A DNA stretch of 64,000 nucleotides from a virus (IMGVR_UViG_3300043414_000372:32001-96000), one strand, 5' to 3'; shown: positions 36,148 to 45,706, counted from the stretch's first letter. Numbers and translations: made by a program. Notes: a model not told the origin generated them from the sequence alone.

Positions 36148-36501
36148 ATGCTTCTACAAAGACCTATATGCAAACAGTGTAATAAGAATTACACCGCCAT
36201 AAATTACAAACGTAACGGTATTACACATTATAGAAGCACATGTGATGAATGCGGAAGAAAAAAGAATAAACTAAAGCCCAGAAAGGCTAACTGGACTAAC
36301 AGTGGGTACAAGAAAAAAACTGCATGTGATTTATGCGGCTTTAAGAGTCTATTCCCAACACAGATAACCGTGTTTCACGTTGATGGAAATTTAGAAAATA
36401 TTGAACAAACCAATCTACGCAGTATTTGCTTAAACTGCGTAGAGGTTGTCAAAAAGAAAGAGGTTACTTGGAAGAGAGGCGATCTACAGATTGATTACTA
36501 A
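36148..36501 (+). CDS. Zn-binding HNH-like protein (start revised to MLLQRPIC)
   Basis: Four CxxC pairs and H-V-D-G-N-x-x-N-x-x-x-x-NL motif; ACTAAATA at 36136-36143 precedes the ATG. Confidence 0.65.
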   Translation: MLLQRPICKQCNKNYTAINYKRNGITHYRSTCDECGRKKNKLKPRKANWTNSGYKKKTACDLCGFKSLFPTQITVFHVDGNLENIEQTNLRSICLNCVEVVKKKEVTWKRGDLQIDY

Positions 36502-37102
36502 TTATACTGTACATTGTATTGTGCAGCGCATCAATGGTTCCGTTGTTCTCTACAATAAAATCATAATTTAACCCTACACTACTGTACTCACTAGCATGGA
36601 TATTTAAATATTCAAGTGCTGCTTTATCACCCAATCCTCTATTATATGCTACAGCAGTATCATACCATATTGGATCTGGACCTCGTTTTACCCTGAGTAC
36701 AATCCCACCCGCATTTCTAATAGCGATTACTTCATTTGAAAATCTACAGTCTGTGATTACAACATCTTCTTTGGTGTTTATTAGTTTGTTCTCTAAACTT
36801 GCTACCCAAATATCATTGTGAAAGTGATTGCGACATACATCAGTTCCCCAATACTGTAGTATCCATCGTGGGGTAATATCCATTCCCAAACGATTGCTCC
36901 ACCACTCATCTTTTTGTTCACGCCAAACTCTGCTGGCTTTTGTTGTACCCTCAAGGTATTCACGATTCCACCCAAAGATTACTGCTATTGCATCTTTAAG
37001 ACTAGATGCAAAACTGATACGTTTAAATCCATGATGTGTAGTAAGATAGTCGGCAATAGTGTCCTTGCCCGACCCGATTAGTCCGGTGATTCCGATAATC
37101 AT
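36464..37102 (-). CDS. Deoxynucleoside monophosphate kinase (T4 gp1-like), start revised to MIIGITG
   Basis: GLIGSGKDT P-loop, SFA-x-x-LKD, TPR-x-x-LQ-x-x-GT, D-x-RF-x-NE and H-x-SE motifs. Confidence 0.92.
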   Translation of the reverse strand: MIIGITGLIGSGKDTIADYLTTHHGFKRISFASSLKDAIAVIFGWNREYLEGTTKASRVWREQKDEWWSNRLGMDITPRWILQYWGTDVCRNHFHNDIWVASLENKLINTKEDVVITDCRFSNEVIAIRNAGGIVLRVKRGPDPIWYDTAVAYNRGLGDKAALEYLNIHASEYSSVGLNYDFIVENNGTIDALHNTMYSIISNQSVDRLSSK

Positions 37103-37165
37103 AAATGAAAATGCTCCTGAAGTACTTATTATACTACAGGAGCAACACAAAATAAACTGTTTAGG

Positions 37166-37963
37166 TTATCCCTGTACCCATGTCAATGGTTGACTGTAAT
37201 CTACATATTTCTTCAATTCTTCAATCAATAATTCCATTCCAGCTTTACCCTCTGCTTTCATAGCAGTACCATTCAATGTTGTACCACCACCTGGACCGGC
37301 GATAGTGCCAAATTTCTCACGGGCTTCACCAATCATAACTTTAAGATTAGCTAAAATAAAGTCACCAATCCATACTCCAGCACCCGGATCTTGTAGTAAT
37401 ATTTCTTCTGTCTTTTGTACATCAGCCCATATCAATACACGTTCACCAGATCCTTTTGGATCACGAACAATACGCAATATTTTAGATACTGGGTTGAATG
37501 TGTATGTTACATAACCACCGAACATACGTGCTGCTAATTCAACATAACCTGCATAAAAGTCATATGTTGCCATACCACCTGCATAGTTATAGTTCAATAA
37601 GTATGTGTTTAGGATCGCACTAGAGAACGGATCAAAAGAACTTGCACCCGGACCAGTTTCTAAACCAATTGTTCTACGGAAAATACTTCTTACATTGATA
37701 AACTCAGCAGGTAGAGTGTAAGTATCTACGTTCTTTTCAATGGTCATTAGAATATAAGATTCTTCTGTAGCGGCTTGTGCCCTTTGACGATAGACCTTGA
37801 TAGCGTAATTGTACGCTGCTTCATAATGTTGAGGATCCAATTCAATATCAATCATCCCGTCACCGAGACGATATCTAAGATTACTGAATAGTGCCTCTTT
37901 TAACTCTGATAGTGTTAACCCGGTCGGGGTTGAAAGAACAGAAGCGGTTGGATATGTTGACAT
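37166..37963 (-). CDS. Neck/head-tail adaptor protein (gp13-like)
   Basis: LG-x-x-x-I-x-IEL-x-x-x-x-Y start and GEAR-x-KF-x-x-I-x-GP-x-GG-x-x-LNG motif. Confidence 0.8.
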   Translation of the reverse strand: MSTYPTASVLSTPTGLTLSELKEALFSNLRYRLGDGMIDIELDPQHYEAAYNYAIKVYRQRAQAATEESYILMTIEKNVDTYTLPAEFINVRSIFRRTIGLETGPGASSFDPFSSAILNTYLLNYNYAGGMATYDFYAGYVELAARMFGGYVTYTFNPVSKILRIVRDPKGSGERVLIWADVQKTEEILLQDPGAGVWIGDFILANLKVMIGEAREKFGTIAGPGGGTTLNGTAMKAEGKAGMELLIEELKKYVDYSQPLTWVQG

Positions 37964-38012
37964 AAGTGTTACCTAATAATACTATTTATCAGGTAACACT
38001 ATGGTTCGTGTA

Positions 38013-38459
38013 TTACAAGTCGCCGTCTTTACGATTTTCGCTGTAAAATGCGTCAAACTTTCCACCGGGATAGCGTGACTCTAACTTGCGTATATTCTCA
38101 GCAATCACTTCGTTGGGGTCAAGATTCAACGCACGACATGCATTGACCCAGTACCACATAATGTCACCGAGTTCACGTTTCATATGAAATACATTTTCAT
38201 CAGTCAATGATTTACCCTGAAAAATGATCTTCTTGGGCACTTCAATAAATTCACCACTTTCAGCCGCTAATCCAAAACATGCTGTGATTAGTAGTGGAAT
38301 ATTAACATCAGGCCCATGCTTCATCTGATTGTCTGCTAAGTCTAGTTCATAGTTAGCATCTAACCGATCTATCGTATCATGGAATGTAGTCAAGTCATTA
38401 CTTGCTTGGCTTGTTACAGCCTCTACAAATTCTTGGTATTTATTTAAATCAATTTTCAT
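38013..38459 (-). CDS. mazG: MazG-like nucleotide pyrophosphohydrolase
   Basis: GL-x-x-E-x-GE-x-x-E-x-x-KK, ELGD-x-x-WY and N-x-x-KL-x-x-RYP motifs. Confidence 0.9.
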   Translation of the reverse strand: MKIDLNKYQEFVEAVTSQASNDLTTFHDTIDRLDANYELDLADNQMKHGPDVNIPLLITACFGLAAESGEFIEVPKKIIFQGKSLTDENVFHMKRELGDIMWYWVNACRALNLDPNEVIAENIRKLESRYPGGKFDAFYSENRKDGDL

Positions 38460-38632
38460 GGTGTTGTTGCAGTATCAATTCCGATGACACCCCCCAAGAA
38501 AATTTGTAGCCAGCCATTCGCATTTTGTCCGCTAACAAGCAAACTCAGCCCGCTCAAAATATTGAGCCCGGCAACTGCATATCCAATCGTTTTGCGGTTA
38601 CGATCAAACCATATAAAAAATTTATCTGACAT
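38456..38632 (-). CDS. Small 2-TM membrane protein (58 aa, below the ORF-track cutoff)
   Basis: Manual translation MSDKFFIWFDRNRKTIGYAVAGLNILSGLSLLVSGQNANGWLQIFLGGVIGIDTATTP; fills the gap; ATGA overlap with mazG. Confidence 0.75.
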   Translation of the reverse strand: MSDKFFIWFDRNRKTIGYAVAGLNILSGLSLLVSGQNANGWLQIFLGGVIGIDTATTP

Positions 38633-38634
38633 AA

Positions 38635-39801
38635 TTAAAACGCTTTCAAAATAATCATATTCTCATTAAAGCGACCATTCGGGACTGCCCCTACTGCTTT
38701 AATATCTTTGAAATACTTACGTGCTGCTGGCTTGCTTCCCATCACTTCTTTGATTTGCTCACCCGGTTTACGTAATGTTTTCATCTCGCTAGTATTTGCA
38801 TCAAACCCTAGCAATGTGTTACCTTTAACACTGAACACTTTGCTATAATCGTCAGCAATGTAATGATGTAATTTACGCTTACCTGTATCGTAAACCCACG
38901 CCTCACTTGCACCGTGAAGTTTTGTGGGATGCACACTAACTAAATCAAGTTTAGACTGAACATCCTTGAACAACTTCAAGTATTTCAGTTTAGCAACAAT
39001 CTTTTCTACAGGTACTGCTTTGCGTTTACGCGGAGCCTTGCTTGCTTTCTTAATGCTAATGTAACTATTCAAGTCACCTAGTACCCCGTCAATGAATTTG
39101 AGAATGTTGCGAATCTGAATCTTACCTAGGAACGCATATCCCTCTTTTAATGACTCGTCACCATCACTTAGTCGTTGAAATTCTTCTTGCTTACGCTTCC
39201 AAATATCAACAATGATTGGGATATGTTGCGGCATGACATTGTATTTTGCAACAATATCAACTGTCTTTTCTGACGCCTTGCCCTTAGTAACAAAATCGTC
39301 AATCATCCCTTCCATTTCACCTGCGGCATCTCGTGCTTTTTCTTTCAGAATTTCCTGAATGTTGGGACGTATTGCAACCACTTCTTCTTTTACAATACTT
39401 GTTGCGCTAGTTTTTACCTCAGTCTCTGTCAATGATTTTACAAGTCGGGTAATATCATTTTGCAATGTCAGTTCCTCATGCTCGGTTAATTCTAGTCCGC
39501 GCATTGTCATACGTGCTACCCAGCACAATGTAATAATGAATTCACTTTCATGGACCTTACGAATCTGTTTAGCTTCATCAGTTCGCTTATTGTAATCCAG
39601 ATATTGACACAATAGTTCTTTTGCGTCTTTTTTAGTATAGAAACGGGTATACCATGTAAAACTTCTAGCAAGTGCTGAAAATCTTGCTTCGAGTTCGGGC
39701 TGTATTGGGAAAAAGGGTTCTTCGCCCATATACTTTGTATCAGCGTCCCGGGGGTTTAGTGCTTTGACAAAATGATCGTCTGTATGCTTACGTGTAGCCA
39801 T
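38635..39801 (-). CDS. Hypothetical early protein
   Basis: 388-aa ORF with consensus sigma70 promoter and GGAG RBS. Confidence 0.8.
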   Translation of the reverse strand: MATRKHTDDHFVKALNPRDADTKYMGEEPFFPIQPELEARFSALARSFTWYTRFYTKKDAKELLCQYLDYNKRTDEAKQIRKVHESEFIITLCWVARMTMRGLELTEHEELTLQNDITRLVKSLTETEVKTSATSIVKEEVVAIRPNIQEILKEKARDAAGEMEGMIDDFVTKGKASEKTVDIVAKYNVMPQHIPIIVDIWKRKQEEFQRLSDGDESLKEGYAFLGKIQIRNILKFIDGVLGDLNSYISIKKASKAPRKRKAVPVEKIVAKLKYLKLFKDVQSKLDLVSVHPTKLHGASEAWVYDTGKRKLHHYIADDYSKVFSVKGNTLLGFDANTSEMKTLRKPGEQIKEVMGSKPAARKYFKDIKAVGAVPNGRFNENMIILKAF

Positions 39802-39831
39802 GAATTACTCCAAAGTTTCAATTGAATACGT

Positions 39832-39860
39832 ATTATAGCACAAGAACCATTTAATGTCAA
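39832..39860 (-). promoter_or_regulatory. Consensus sigma70 (early) promoter
   Basis: TTGACA-17 nt-TATAAT with TG-n extension. Confidence 0.9.
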
Positions 39861-39892
39861 GTTTTTGGTAATACGCCGTCGTCTGTATTTAC

Positions 39893-39900
39893 GATAAATA
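39893..39900 (+). promoter_or_regulatory. Late promoter octamer GATAAATA (divergent, neck genes)
   Basis: Exact motif before the ATG at 39921. Confidence 0.65.
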
Positions 39901-39920
39901 AGTAATAAAGTGAATTAACT

Positions 39921-41624
39921 ATGCCTAGACTCTCGCTTTGGCGTCCCAATAAAACTAATGATTATAACTTTTTTGATAAGATAATATCAGAACAGTTCAC
40001 CGCAGGTTCCACGGATTTGTATGTACATAAATATATGGGTCCGACAAGCCAAGGTCCATCTATAGATGCCACTCAGCCACAATATGATGTATTAGCACCA
40101 ACTAACATACAAGATTTGTTATTCCTAGAAAACCGTGACAGAACATATGACCCAAATGTCTATCGTTTACGTGGACATTATAATGTACAGAATTTAGATT
40201 TTGATTTAAGTCAGTTTGGTTTGTTTCTAAACAACGATATCATTTTCATTACAGTTCATTATAATGATATGATTCAAATAGTTGGTAGAAAACTAATGGT
40301 AGGTGATGTAATAGAGTTGCCTCACTTATTAGATTACAATCCATTGAATGAAACTATACCCACTGCACTAAAACGTTTCATGCAAATTACTGATGCTAAT
40401 TATGCTAGTGAAGGATTTAGCCCAACTTGGTTCCCACATCTATGGCGCATCAAATGTGAGCCATTAGTTGATAGTGAAGAATTTACTCAGATATTAACTG
40501 CTCCAATTGACCAAGATACCTATCTTGGTATTTGGGACAAAGATAAAACATATCCTGCAGGGTATGTAATTACATACGGTGACAAAAATTACAAAGCATT
40601 GATTGATGTTCCTGCAGGGATATATCCCCCCGACCCAACATATTGGCAATTAGACACTGCGGATAACCTTAAAGATATCCTCGCTACTTACAATAAGAAT
40701 ATTGCAATCAATGATGCTGCACTAAGAGAAGCAGACCGTCTTGTACCTAAAGCAGGTTACGACAGAAACAATCTATACATTGTACCTACATATGGTGAAT
40801 ATTCAAGCGACGGGGTTTTCTCAAACGCTATAAATAATCCTGCACCCCCAATAGGGGTCAATACAAACGGTGGCACACCTACAACAACTGGCACTGTAAT
40901 GATGATTCGCAGCCCCAATTACAGAACCCCTAGTACTGTAATTAAAATTCCAAAAGCAGCAATAAAAAGTATTTGGGATATGACCTCTGATATGGGGTAT
41001 GATAAATTAGAAGTTTTCAACACTGCTCATTTAGAAACAATAAGACTAGCACCGGAAAGAACTGATACTAATTCAGGACCGGTTAGAGGTGATGTGATTT
41101 TAACAGTGGTTTCTAGTGGAACTATCACTGGTCCATACGGTACTGCGGATAACACATATGCCACTGCTGATGCTAACCCAGAACTACCCGGATTCACCGG
41201 AACAATAAGTCAACAAATGGATTGGAGAGCAGATTGTGATCCGGCATTCCAATTCATTGCACGTAGCAGCCCAAGAACATTTGGTTATAGCACAGGTTAT
41301 TTAGATGGAACAGCAGAAGCACCAAATGGATTCCCAACTGGTGCGGGTATAAGTTTCCCACAAAATCCACAAGTAGGAGATTACTTCTTGAGAATCGATT
41401 ACTTCCCACAATTATTATATCGCTGGGATGGTAAAATGTGGGTTAGAATTTCACAAAATGTAAGAACACCTACAGGAATGACAGCAGCAGATCAATCACA
41501 GAAGTCTAGTTTCATTAATGACAGGACAGAAACAAAACTTACAGATGGTACATTTGTGCCGCAACGACAAGCATTGTCAACTATATTAGGTTTGACTCCG
41601 GATCCCCTTCCACCAGTAATTTAA
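39921..41624 (+). CDS. Neck protein (gp14-like), extended, with an inserted CBM5/12-like module
   Basis: LLFLENRDR-x-YD, DFDLSQFG, GDVIELPH and W-x-x-HLWRIKC motifs; insert W-x-x-x-x-x-Y-x-x-G-x-x-I-x-Y...W. Confidence 0.7.
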   Translation: MPRLSLWRPNKTNDYNFFDKIISEQFTAGSTDLYVHKYMGPTSQGPSIDATQPQYDVLAPTNIQDLLFLENRDRTYDPNVYRLRGHYNVQNLDFDLSQFGLFLNNDIIFITVHYNDMIQIVGRKLMVGDVIELPHLLDYNPLNETIPTALKRFMQITDANYASEGFSPTWFPHLWRIKCEPLVDSEEFTQILTAPIDQDTYLGIWDKDKTYPAGYVITYGDKNYKALIDVPAGIYPPDPTYWQLDTADNLKDILATYNKNIAINDAALREADRLVPKAGYDRNNLYIVPTYGEYSSDGVFSNAINNPAPPIGVNTNGGTPTTTGTVMMIRSPNYRTPSTVIKIPKAAIKSIWDMTSDMGYDKLEVFNTAHLETIRLAPERTDTNSGPVRGDVILTVVSSGTITGPYGTADNTYATADANPELPGFTGTISQQMDWRADCDPAFQFIARSSPRTFGYSTGYLDGTAEAPNGFPTGAGISFPQNPQVGDYFLRIDYFPQLLYRWDGKMWVRISQNVRTPTGMTAADQSQKSSFINDRTETKLTDGTFVPQRQALSTILGLTPDPLPPVI

Positions 41625-41634
41625 AGAGTATATA

Positions 41635-43011
41635 ATGGCAGATTTTTTCTATGATAATCAGATACGCAGATTCTTAATTCAATTTGCAAAAATTTTTAGT
41701 AATTGGCAAGTTACTAAAGGTAAAGACCCGGCAGGTAATGAAATATTAGTTCGTGTACCTGTTATGTATGGCGATAGCAGTAGACAAGCAGCAACTATTA
41801 TTGCTAATAATAGTGCCAGTAACTTACCAAGTGCCCCTTTAATTACATATTACATAGGGGGATTGGAATATAATCAAAAGTGGACACAGGATCCAACGTA
41901 TGTAGATAAAATTAATGTGCGACAAAGAGCATACAACCCTGATACTCAAGAATATGACACTGTGCAGGGTCAAGCATTTACTATTGAAAGATTAATGCCC
42001 GTACCTTATACATTGCGTATTACTGTAGATTTTTGGACTACAAATTATAATCAAAAATTACAATTGATTGAACAATTAGGCACATTGTTTAATCCTGCAT
42101 TAGAAATACAAAGTACTGATAACTTTATTGATTGGACTTCACTAAGTGTGGTATATCAAGATGGACTAACGTTCAGTAGTCGTAGCATACCAGTTGGTAC
42201 AGGCAATCCAATTGATGTTATGAGTTGGAAATTCTCAATGCCAATATGGATTAGTACGGCAGCTAAACTTAAGAAGATGGGGGTAGTTGAGAAAATCATT
42301 ACATCTATCTTTAAGGGCACTGCCCTAACAGATATACAAGATGATGATTTGTTATTGGGTACTAGACAAAAAATTACACCCTATGGATATAAAATATTAT
42401 TGTTAGGTAACACGTTGCAAATATTGCCCCAAGCAATTGCATTTGATCCAACTAATGTTAATTTAGAGTTGCCCCCAAATCCAGATACAGATATATATTG
42501 GTCTAGTGTATTAAATGTATACGGGGCTATTAAACCGGGCATTAGTCAAATTTGGTTAGAAAATCCATACATGACAACTGATATTGTAGGTACTATAGTA
42601 CCTAATCCAAATGATGACAGATTGTTAATCTATAATATTGACCCAGACACATTGCCACAGAATACGTTATCACCAGTTGACGGAGTAATTAATCCTCAGT
42701 TGACGGGGCCAAACGCAGGATTACCCGGACCGGTTAATGGACGTAGATATTTGTTAGTAGACAATATAGGTTCTCCCGGTGATAGTACAGTTGCATGGGG
42801 TACTGTAGTTGCTTTTGCTAATGATATTATTGAATACAATGCAGGAACTGGACAGTGGTTTGTTAGTTTTGATAGCACTACAGCAACACCAACTACATTA
42901 GAATATGTAACAAACTTGACAACTAATGTTCAATATCGCTTTGTTGATGATACTTGGATGAAATCGTATGAGGGTTGGTATGATGCCGGGGATTATTCTA
43001 TAGTCATCTAA
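41635..43011 (+). CDS. Tail completion/sheath stabiliser (gp15-like)
   Basis: FFYD-x-QIRRFL-x-QF-x-x-x-F start, VPV-x-YG, PVPY-x-L and Q-x-x-EQ-x-x-x-x-F-x-P motifs. Confidence 0.8.
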   Translation: MADFFYDNQIRRFLIQFAKIFSNWQVTKGKDPAGNEILVRVPVMYGDSSRQAATIIANNSASNLPSAPLITYYIGGLEYNQKWTQDPTYVDKINVRQRAYNPDTQEYDTVQGQAFTIERLMPVPYTLRITVDFWTTNYNQKLQLIEQLGTLFNPALEIQSTDNFIDWTSLSVVYQDGLTFSSRSIPVGTGNPIDVMSWKFSMPIWISTAAKLKKMGVVEKIITSIFKGTALTDIQDDDLLLGTRQKITPYGYKILLLGNTLQILPQAIAFDPTNVNLELPPNPDTDIYWSSVLNVYGAIKPGISQIWLENPYMTTDIVGTIVPNPNDDRLLIYNIDPDTLPQNTLSPVDGVINPQLTGPNAGLPGPVNGRRYLLVDNIGSPGDSTVAWGTVVAFANDIIEYNAGTGQWFVSFDSTTATPTTLEYVTNLTTNVQYRFVDDTWMKSYEGWYDAGDYSIVI

Positions 43012-43030
43012 TACTGTGATAAATCATAGT

Positions 43031-43447
43031 ATGAGCAATACATCCGCAGGCGTTTTCTTTTATAGCAATAAAACAAATCGCTACTTATATCTATTACGCA
43101 CAGACAACAAGAACCCAGGAAACTGGGGTATTCCTGGCGGCAAGATAGAAGATGATGAAACTCTCTTTGAGGGTATTGCTAGAGAATGTCAGGAAGAGAT
43201 TGGACTATTCCCTGACAATGCAAAACTAATTCCCATACAAAAATTTATAAATCACACATTTACATATCATACATTCTTTTGTGAAATAGCAGATGAGTTT
43301 GTTCCTGTACTGAATGAAGAACATTGCGGATATGCATGGGTAGGGGATAATCAATATCCTAAGCCATTGCATCCCGGATTGTTTAGTACAGTAAATTTTG
43401 ATGTTGTACAAGAGAAGTTAAAGACACTTACAAAAAAAGAGACCTAA
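43031..43447 (+). CDS. Nudix hydrolase (start revised to MSNTSAG)
   Basis: Nudix box GGKIEDDETLFEGIARECQEEIG; 5 nt after GATAAATC (43018-43025). Confidence 0.92.
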   Translation: MSNTSAGVFFYSNKTNRYLYLLRTDNKNPGNWGIPGGKIEDDETLFEGIARECQEEIGLFPDNAKLIPIQKFINHTFTYHTFFCEIADEFVPVLNEEHCGYAWVGDNQYPKPLHPGLFSTVNFDVVQEKLKTLTKKET

Positions 43448-43459
43448 GTCCCTTTTTTT
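43432..43459. terminator. Terminator between convergent genes
   Basis: A-tract, gagac-ctaa-gtccc, T-tract; pairs fully (with one G-U) on the minus strand. Confidence 0.65.
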
Positions 43460-43772
43460 ATTTTAGTAATGCTGACACTGTATTGAATCCCAGTGAGCCG
43501 ACTATTACGCCTGCTCCCATCATCATCCAGCGCCATTTTTCTAATACTGAAATCTTACCAGCTAATTCGCCATGTTCCTTAACATCTTGTTCACGCATAG
43601 TTTTCAACATTTGTCTAGTTTCTTCTGCGTTCTCATCTAGGGTATCACGAATTGACTTCAAGTCCTGTCTAATCTCACCGATTTTATCTTCGATGTTTTT
43701 AACTTGGACTTGAAGTACCGCAATTTCAGTTTCAGGTTGCATTTTGGCTACTTTACTTGATGCGGTTGCCAT
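43458..43772 (-). CDS. Coiled-coil protein with C-terminal TM segment (possible lysis accessory)
   Basis: Heptad N-terminus followed by LEKWRWMMMGAGVIVG hydrophobic tail. Confidence 0.55.
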   Translation of the reverse strand: MATASSKVAKMQPETEIAVLQVQVKNIEDKIGEIRQDLKSIRDTLDENAEETRQMLKTMREQDVKEHGELAGKISVLEKWRWMMMGAGVIVGSLGFNTVSALLK

Positions 43773-43774
43773 GA

Positions 43775-45049
43775 TTATGCGCTTGCAATAGTTACGATTG
43801 CGTAAGGTTGACCGTTATCTGCATTAGCAACTGCTGCTGTATTGAATGTTGCAAATACCGGAGCAGCATTTTGGAACACGATATTACCAGTAGCAATTGG
43901 GCCTGAAGTAGCAGTAAACAACTCACCAGTGTGGTCAGAAAGACTTTGAACTGTTTGAGTAGCACTATTAGCATATGTAGCAAGAATACGCATTGTGTTT
44001 GGTGTCAGTGCTGTATTTGCAAGATTTGCTGTATAACATTGATTTGTTAAACCAGTTACTGTTCCTGTTACTAGATATTTTTGTTTACCTTTTTGACGTA
44101 CAATATATCCTGCTTCATCATTTGCATAGACAAATGCTGCATTGCTAAAAGCAATTGGGCAGTTAGCATTTAATACGACACGATTGTGAATTGCATTACC
44201 AGTAACACTTGCATTAGATGTAATAGCTTTTGGTGCACCACCCTGAGTAGCAGAAACAGTAAATGCAGTTGCATTAGCTACAGTTTTAACAAAATATGTT
44301 GTACCTGAAGTTAAACCACCAAATGATGCATCAAATGTTAACGGCATATCAAGTTCTAGCAGTTGTGCATTACCTGATGTTCTAATAACATTGCCTGTTG
44401 CTGTCGTATTAGCAACAGCTACAGTAATATTACCATGTGTTCCAGATGCGAAACCAATGTTGGTATAGTCTGTAGTTCCATTATTATTTGCAACAGCAAC
44501 CTGAAGTGCTGCACCTGTAGCTAAATTAGCTAAGTCAGTACCTACTCCAAATACGCTTGCATTGGTGTTAGCTGCCAAATAGCTATATAATGTACCTGTA
44601 CCATTAATACCAATAGCAACTTGTGCTAATACTTGTTTACCAATGATTGCTGTATTACCACCAACTACAGAATATGTGTTACTGTTCGTAGTTGGGAAAC
44701 CTGCACCACCAACTGGGTTGTTAAAATATGCATCGACTACTGCAACAGATGCTTTAACTGATTGAGCAGATGTAGTTGTTAGTGAAGCAAGAACACGAGG
44801 TTGTACACTTAATTGTGTTGTTGATACTGTAAATGTATGATTGCCTGTGATAGCGTTAATGTAATAAATTGTGTTAGCAACTAATCCACCAACTGTAGAA
44901 GCAACTACGAATGGCATACCAACTGCTACACCAACAGTTGGTTCTGTAGTTAGATTATCTGATACTGTTACATTAGCACCTGAGCCTGAACCAGTTGCTG
45001 TGATTGTTAAGACTGCTTGAGCCTTTGCGATTTTTAGAGGACGTCCCAT
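43775..45049 (-). CDS. Virion structural protein
   Basis: Thr/Ala/Asn-rich beta protein; two GGL-x-x-x-T-x-Y(Y/F) modules; strong RBS and late promoter. Confidence 0.65.
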   Translation of the reverse strand: MGRPLKIAKAQAVLTITATGSGSGANVTVSDNLTTEPTVGVAVGMPFVVASTVGGLVANTIYYINAITGNHTFTVSTTQLSVQPRVLASLTTTSAQSVKASVAVVDAYFNNPVGGAGFPTTNSNTYSVVGGNTAIIGKQVLAQVAIGINGTGTLYSYLAANTNASVFGVGTDLANLATGAALQVAVANNNGTTDYTNIGFASGTHGNITVAVANTTATGNVIRTSGNAQLLELDMPLTFDASFGGLTSGTTYFVKTVANATAFTVSATQGGAPKAITSNASVTGNAIHNRVVLNANCPIAFSNAAFVYANDEAGYIVRQKGKQKYLVTGTVTGLTNQCYTANLANTALTPNTMRILATYANSATQTVQSLSDHTGELFTATSGPIATGNIVFQNAAPVFATFNTAAVANADNGQPYAIVTIASA

Positions 45050-45126
45050 TTTTTTCTCCTTGAAATATTAGTGAGTTCTAGTCACTACGCGGCGGGGACC
45101 GCATAAACTCGCCGAATGCGAATGTA
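45050..45126 (-). ncRNA. Candidate structured 5' leader RNA (three hairpins)
   Basis: GC-rich island with stems that pair via G-U only on the sense strand; lies between GATAAATA (45132-45139) and AAGGAG. Confidence 0.45.
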
Positions 45127-45148
45127 TAATATATTTATCTTAGAGGGT

Positions 45149-45174
45149 AAAAAAAGCGACCTAAGTCGCTTTTT
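45149..45174. terminator. Intrinsic terminator
   Basis: aaaaagcgac-ctaa-gtcgcttttt perfect 10-bp inverted repeat. Confidence 0.85.
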
Positions 45175-45175
45175 A

Positions 45176-45706
45176 TTATAGCATGTATCCATTTGCCATG
45201 TTAGCATGTGGCATACCCAATTCAGTAATACTGAATTCAGCAGGGGTTGCTGCGCTAGCTGTTAAGAACGCTACTACATTGCCTTGTCCACAATAAACAG
45301 TATTATATGATCCTACTGCATATGAATAAATTTCTGTATTTTGAGTAGCAATTGCGTAAGGTATACCGGCATTATTAAATGTGTAAGTTGTATTAGATAT
45401 TGCAACTCCGGCATTAGCAGTTAATGTTAAACTAGTAGCATTTGCAATATTTGATACAATTCCTACTGTAGTTCCGGTTGTGTTACCTATCCATGCACCA
45501 ACTGTCAGTTGTGTATTAAATGCTGTTCCCACTCCAGTGACTGTTTTGGAATTAGTTGCAGAAGTTGCTGTTCCAGTACCAGCTACTCTAGGGTAACCAG
45601 TTACAGCATGAATACTGGATGTTGTTAAAGATATTCTAATCTTATCAGTTCCTATATTTGCTGATTGTTGCGATACTGAATTCGCGGTATATACGTATGA
45701 TGTCAT
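45176..45706 (-). CDS. Probable virion structural protein
   Basis: Thr/Asn/Gly-rich 176-aa ORF in the tail cluster. Confidence 0.6.
   Translation of the reverse strand: MTSYVYTANSVSQQSANIGTDKIRISLTTSSIHAVTGYPRVAGTGTATSATNSKTVTGVGTAFNTQLTVGAWIGNTTGTTVGIVSNIANATSLTLTANAGVAISNTTYTFNNAGIPYAIATQNTEIYSYAVGSYNTVYCGQGNVVAFLTASAATPAEFSITELGMPHANMANGYML

Noticed and set aside
45069-45087. preQ1-I riboswitch (GUUCUAG loop on the plus strand)
   Set aside because: It is antisense to the gene, the loop is too short and there is no A-rich 3' tail
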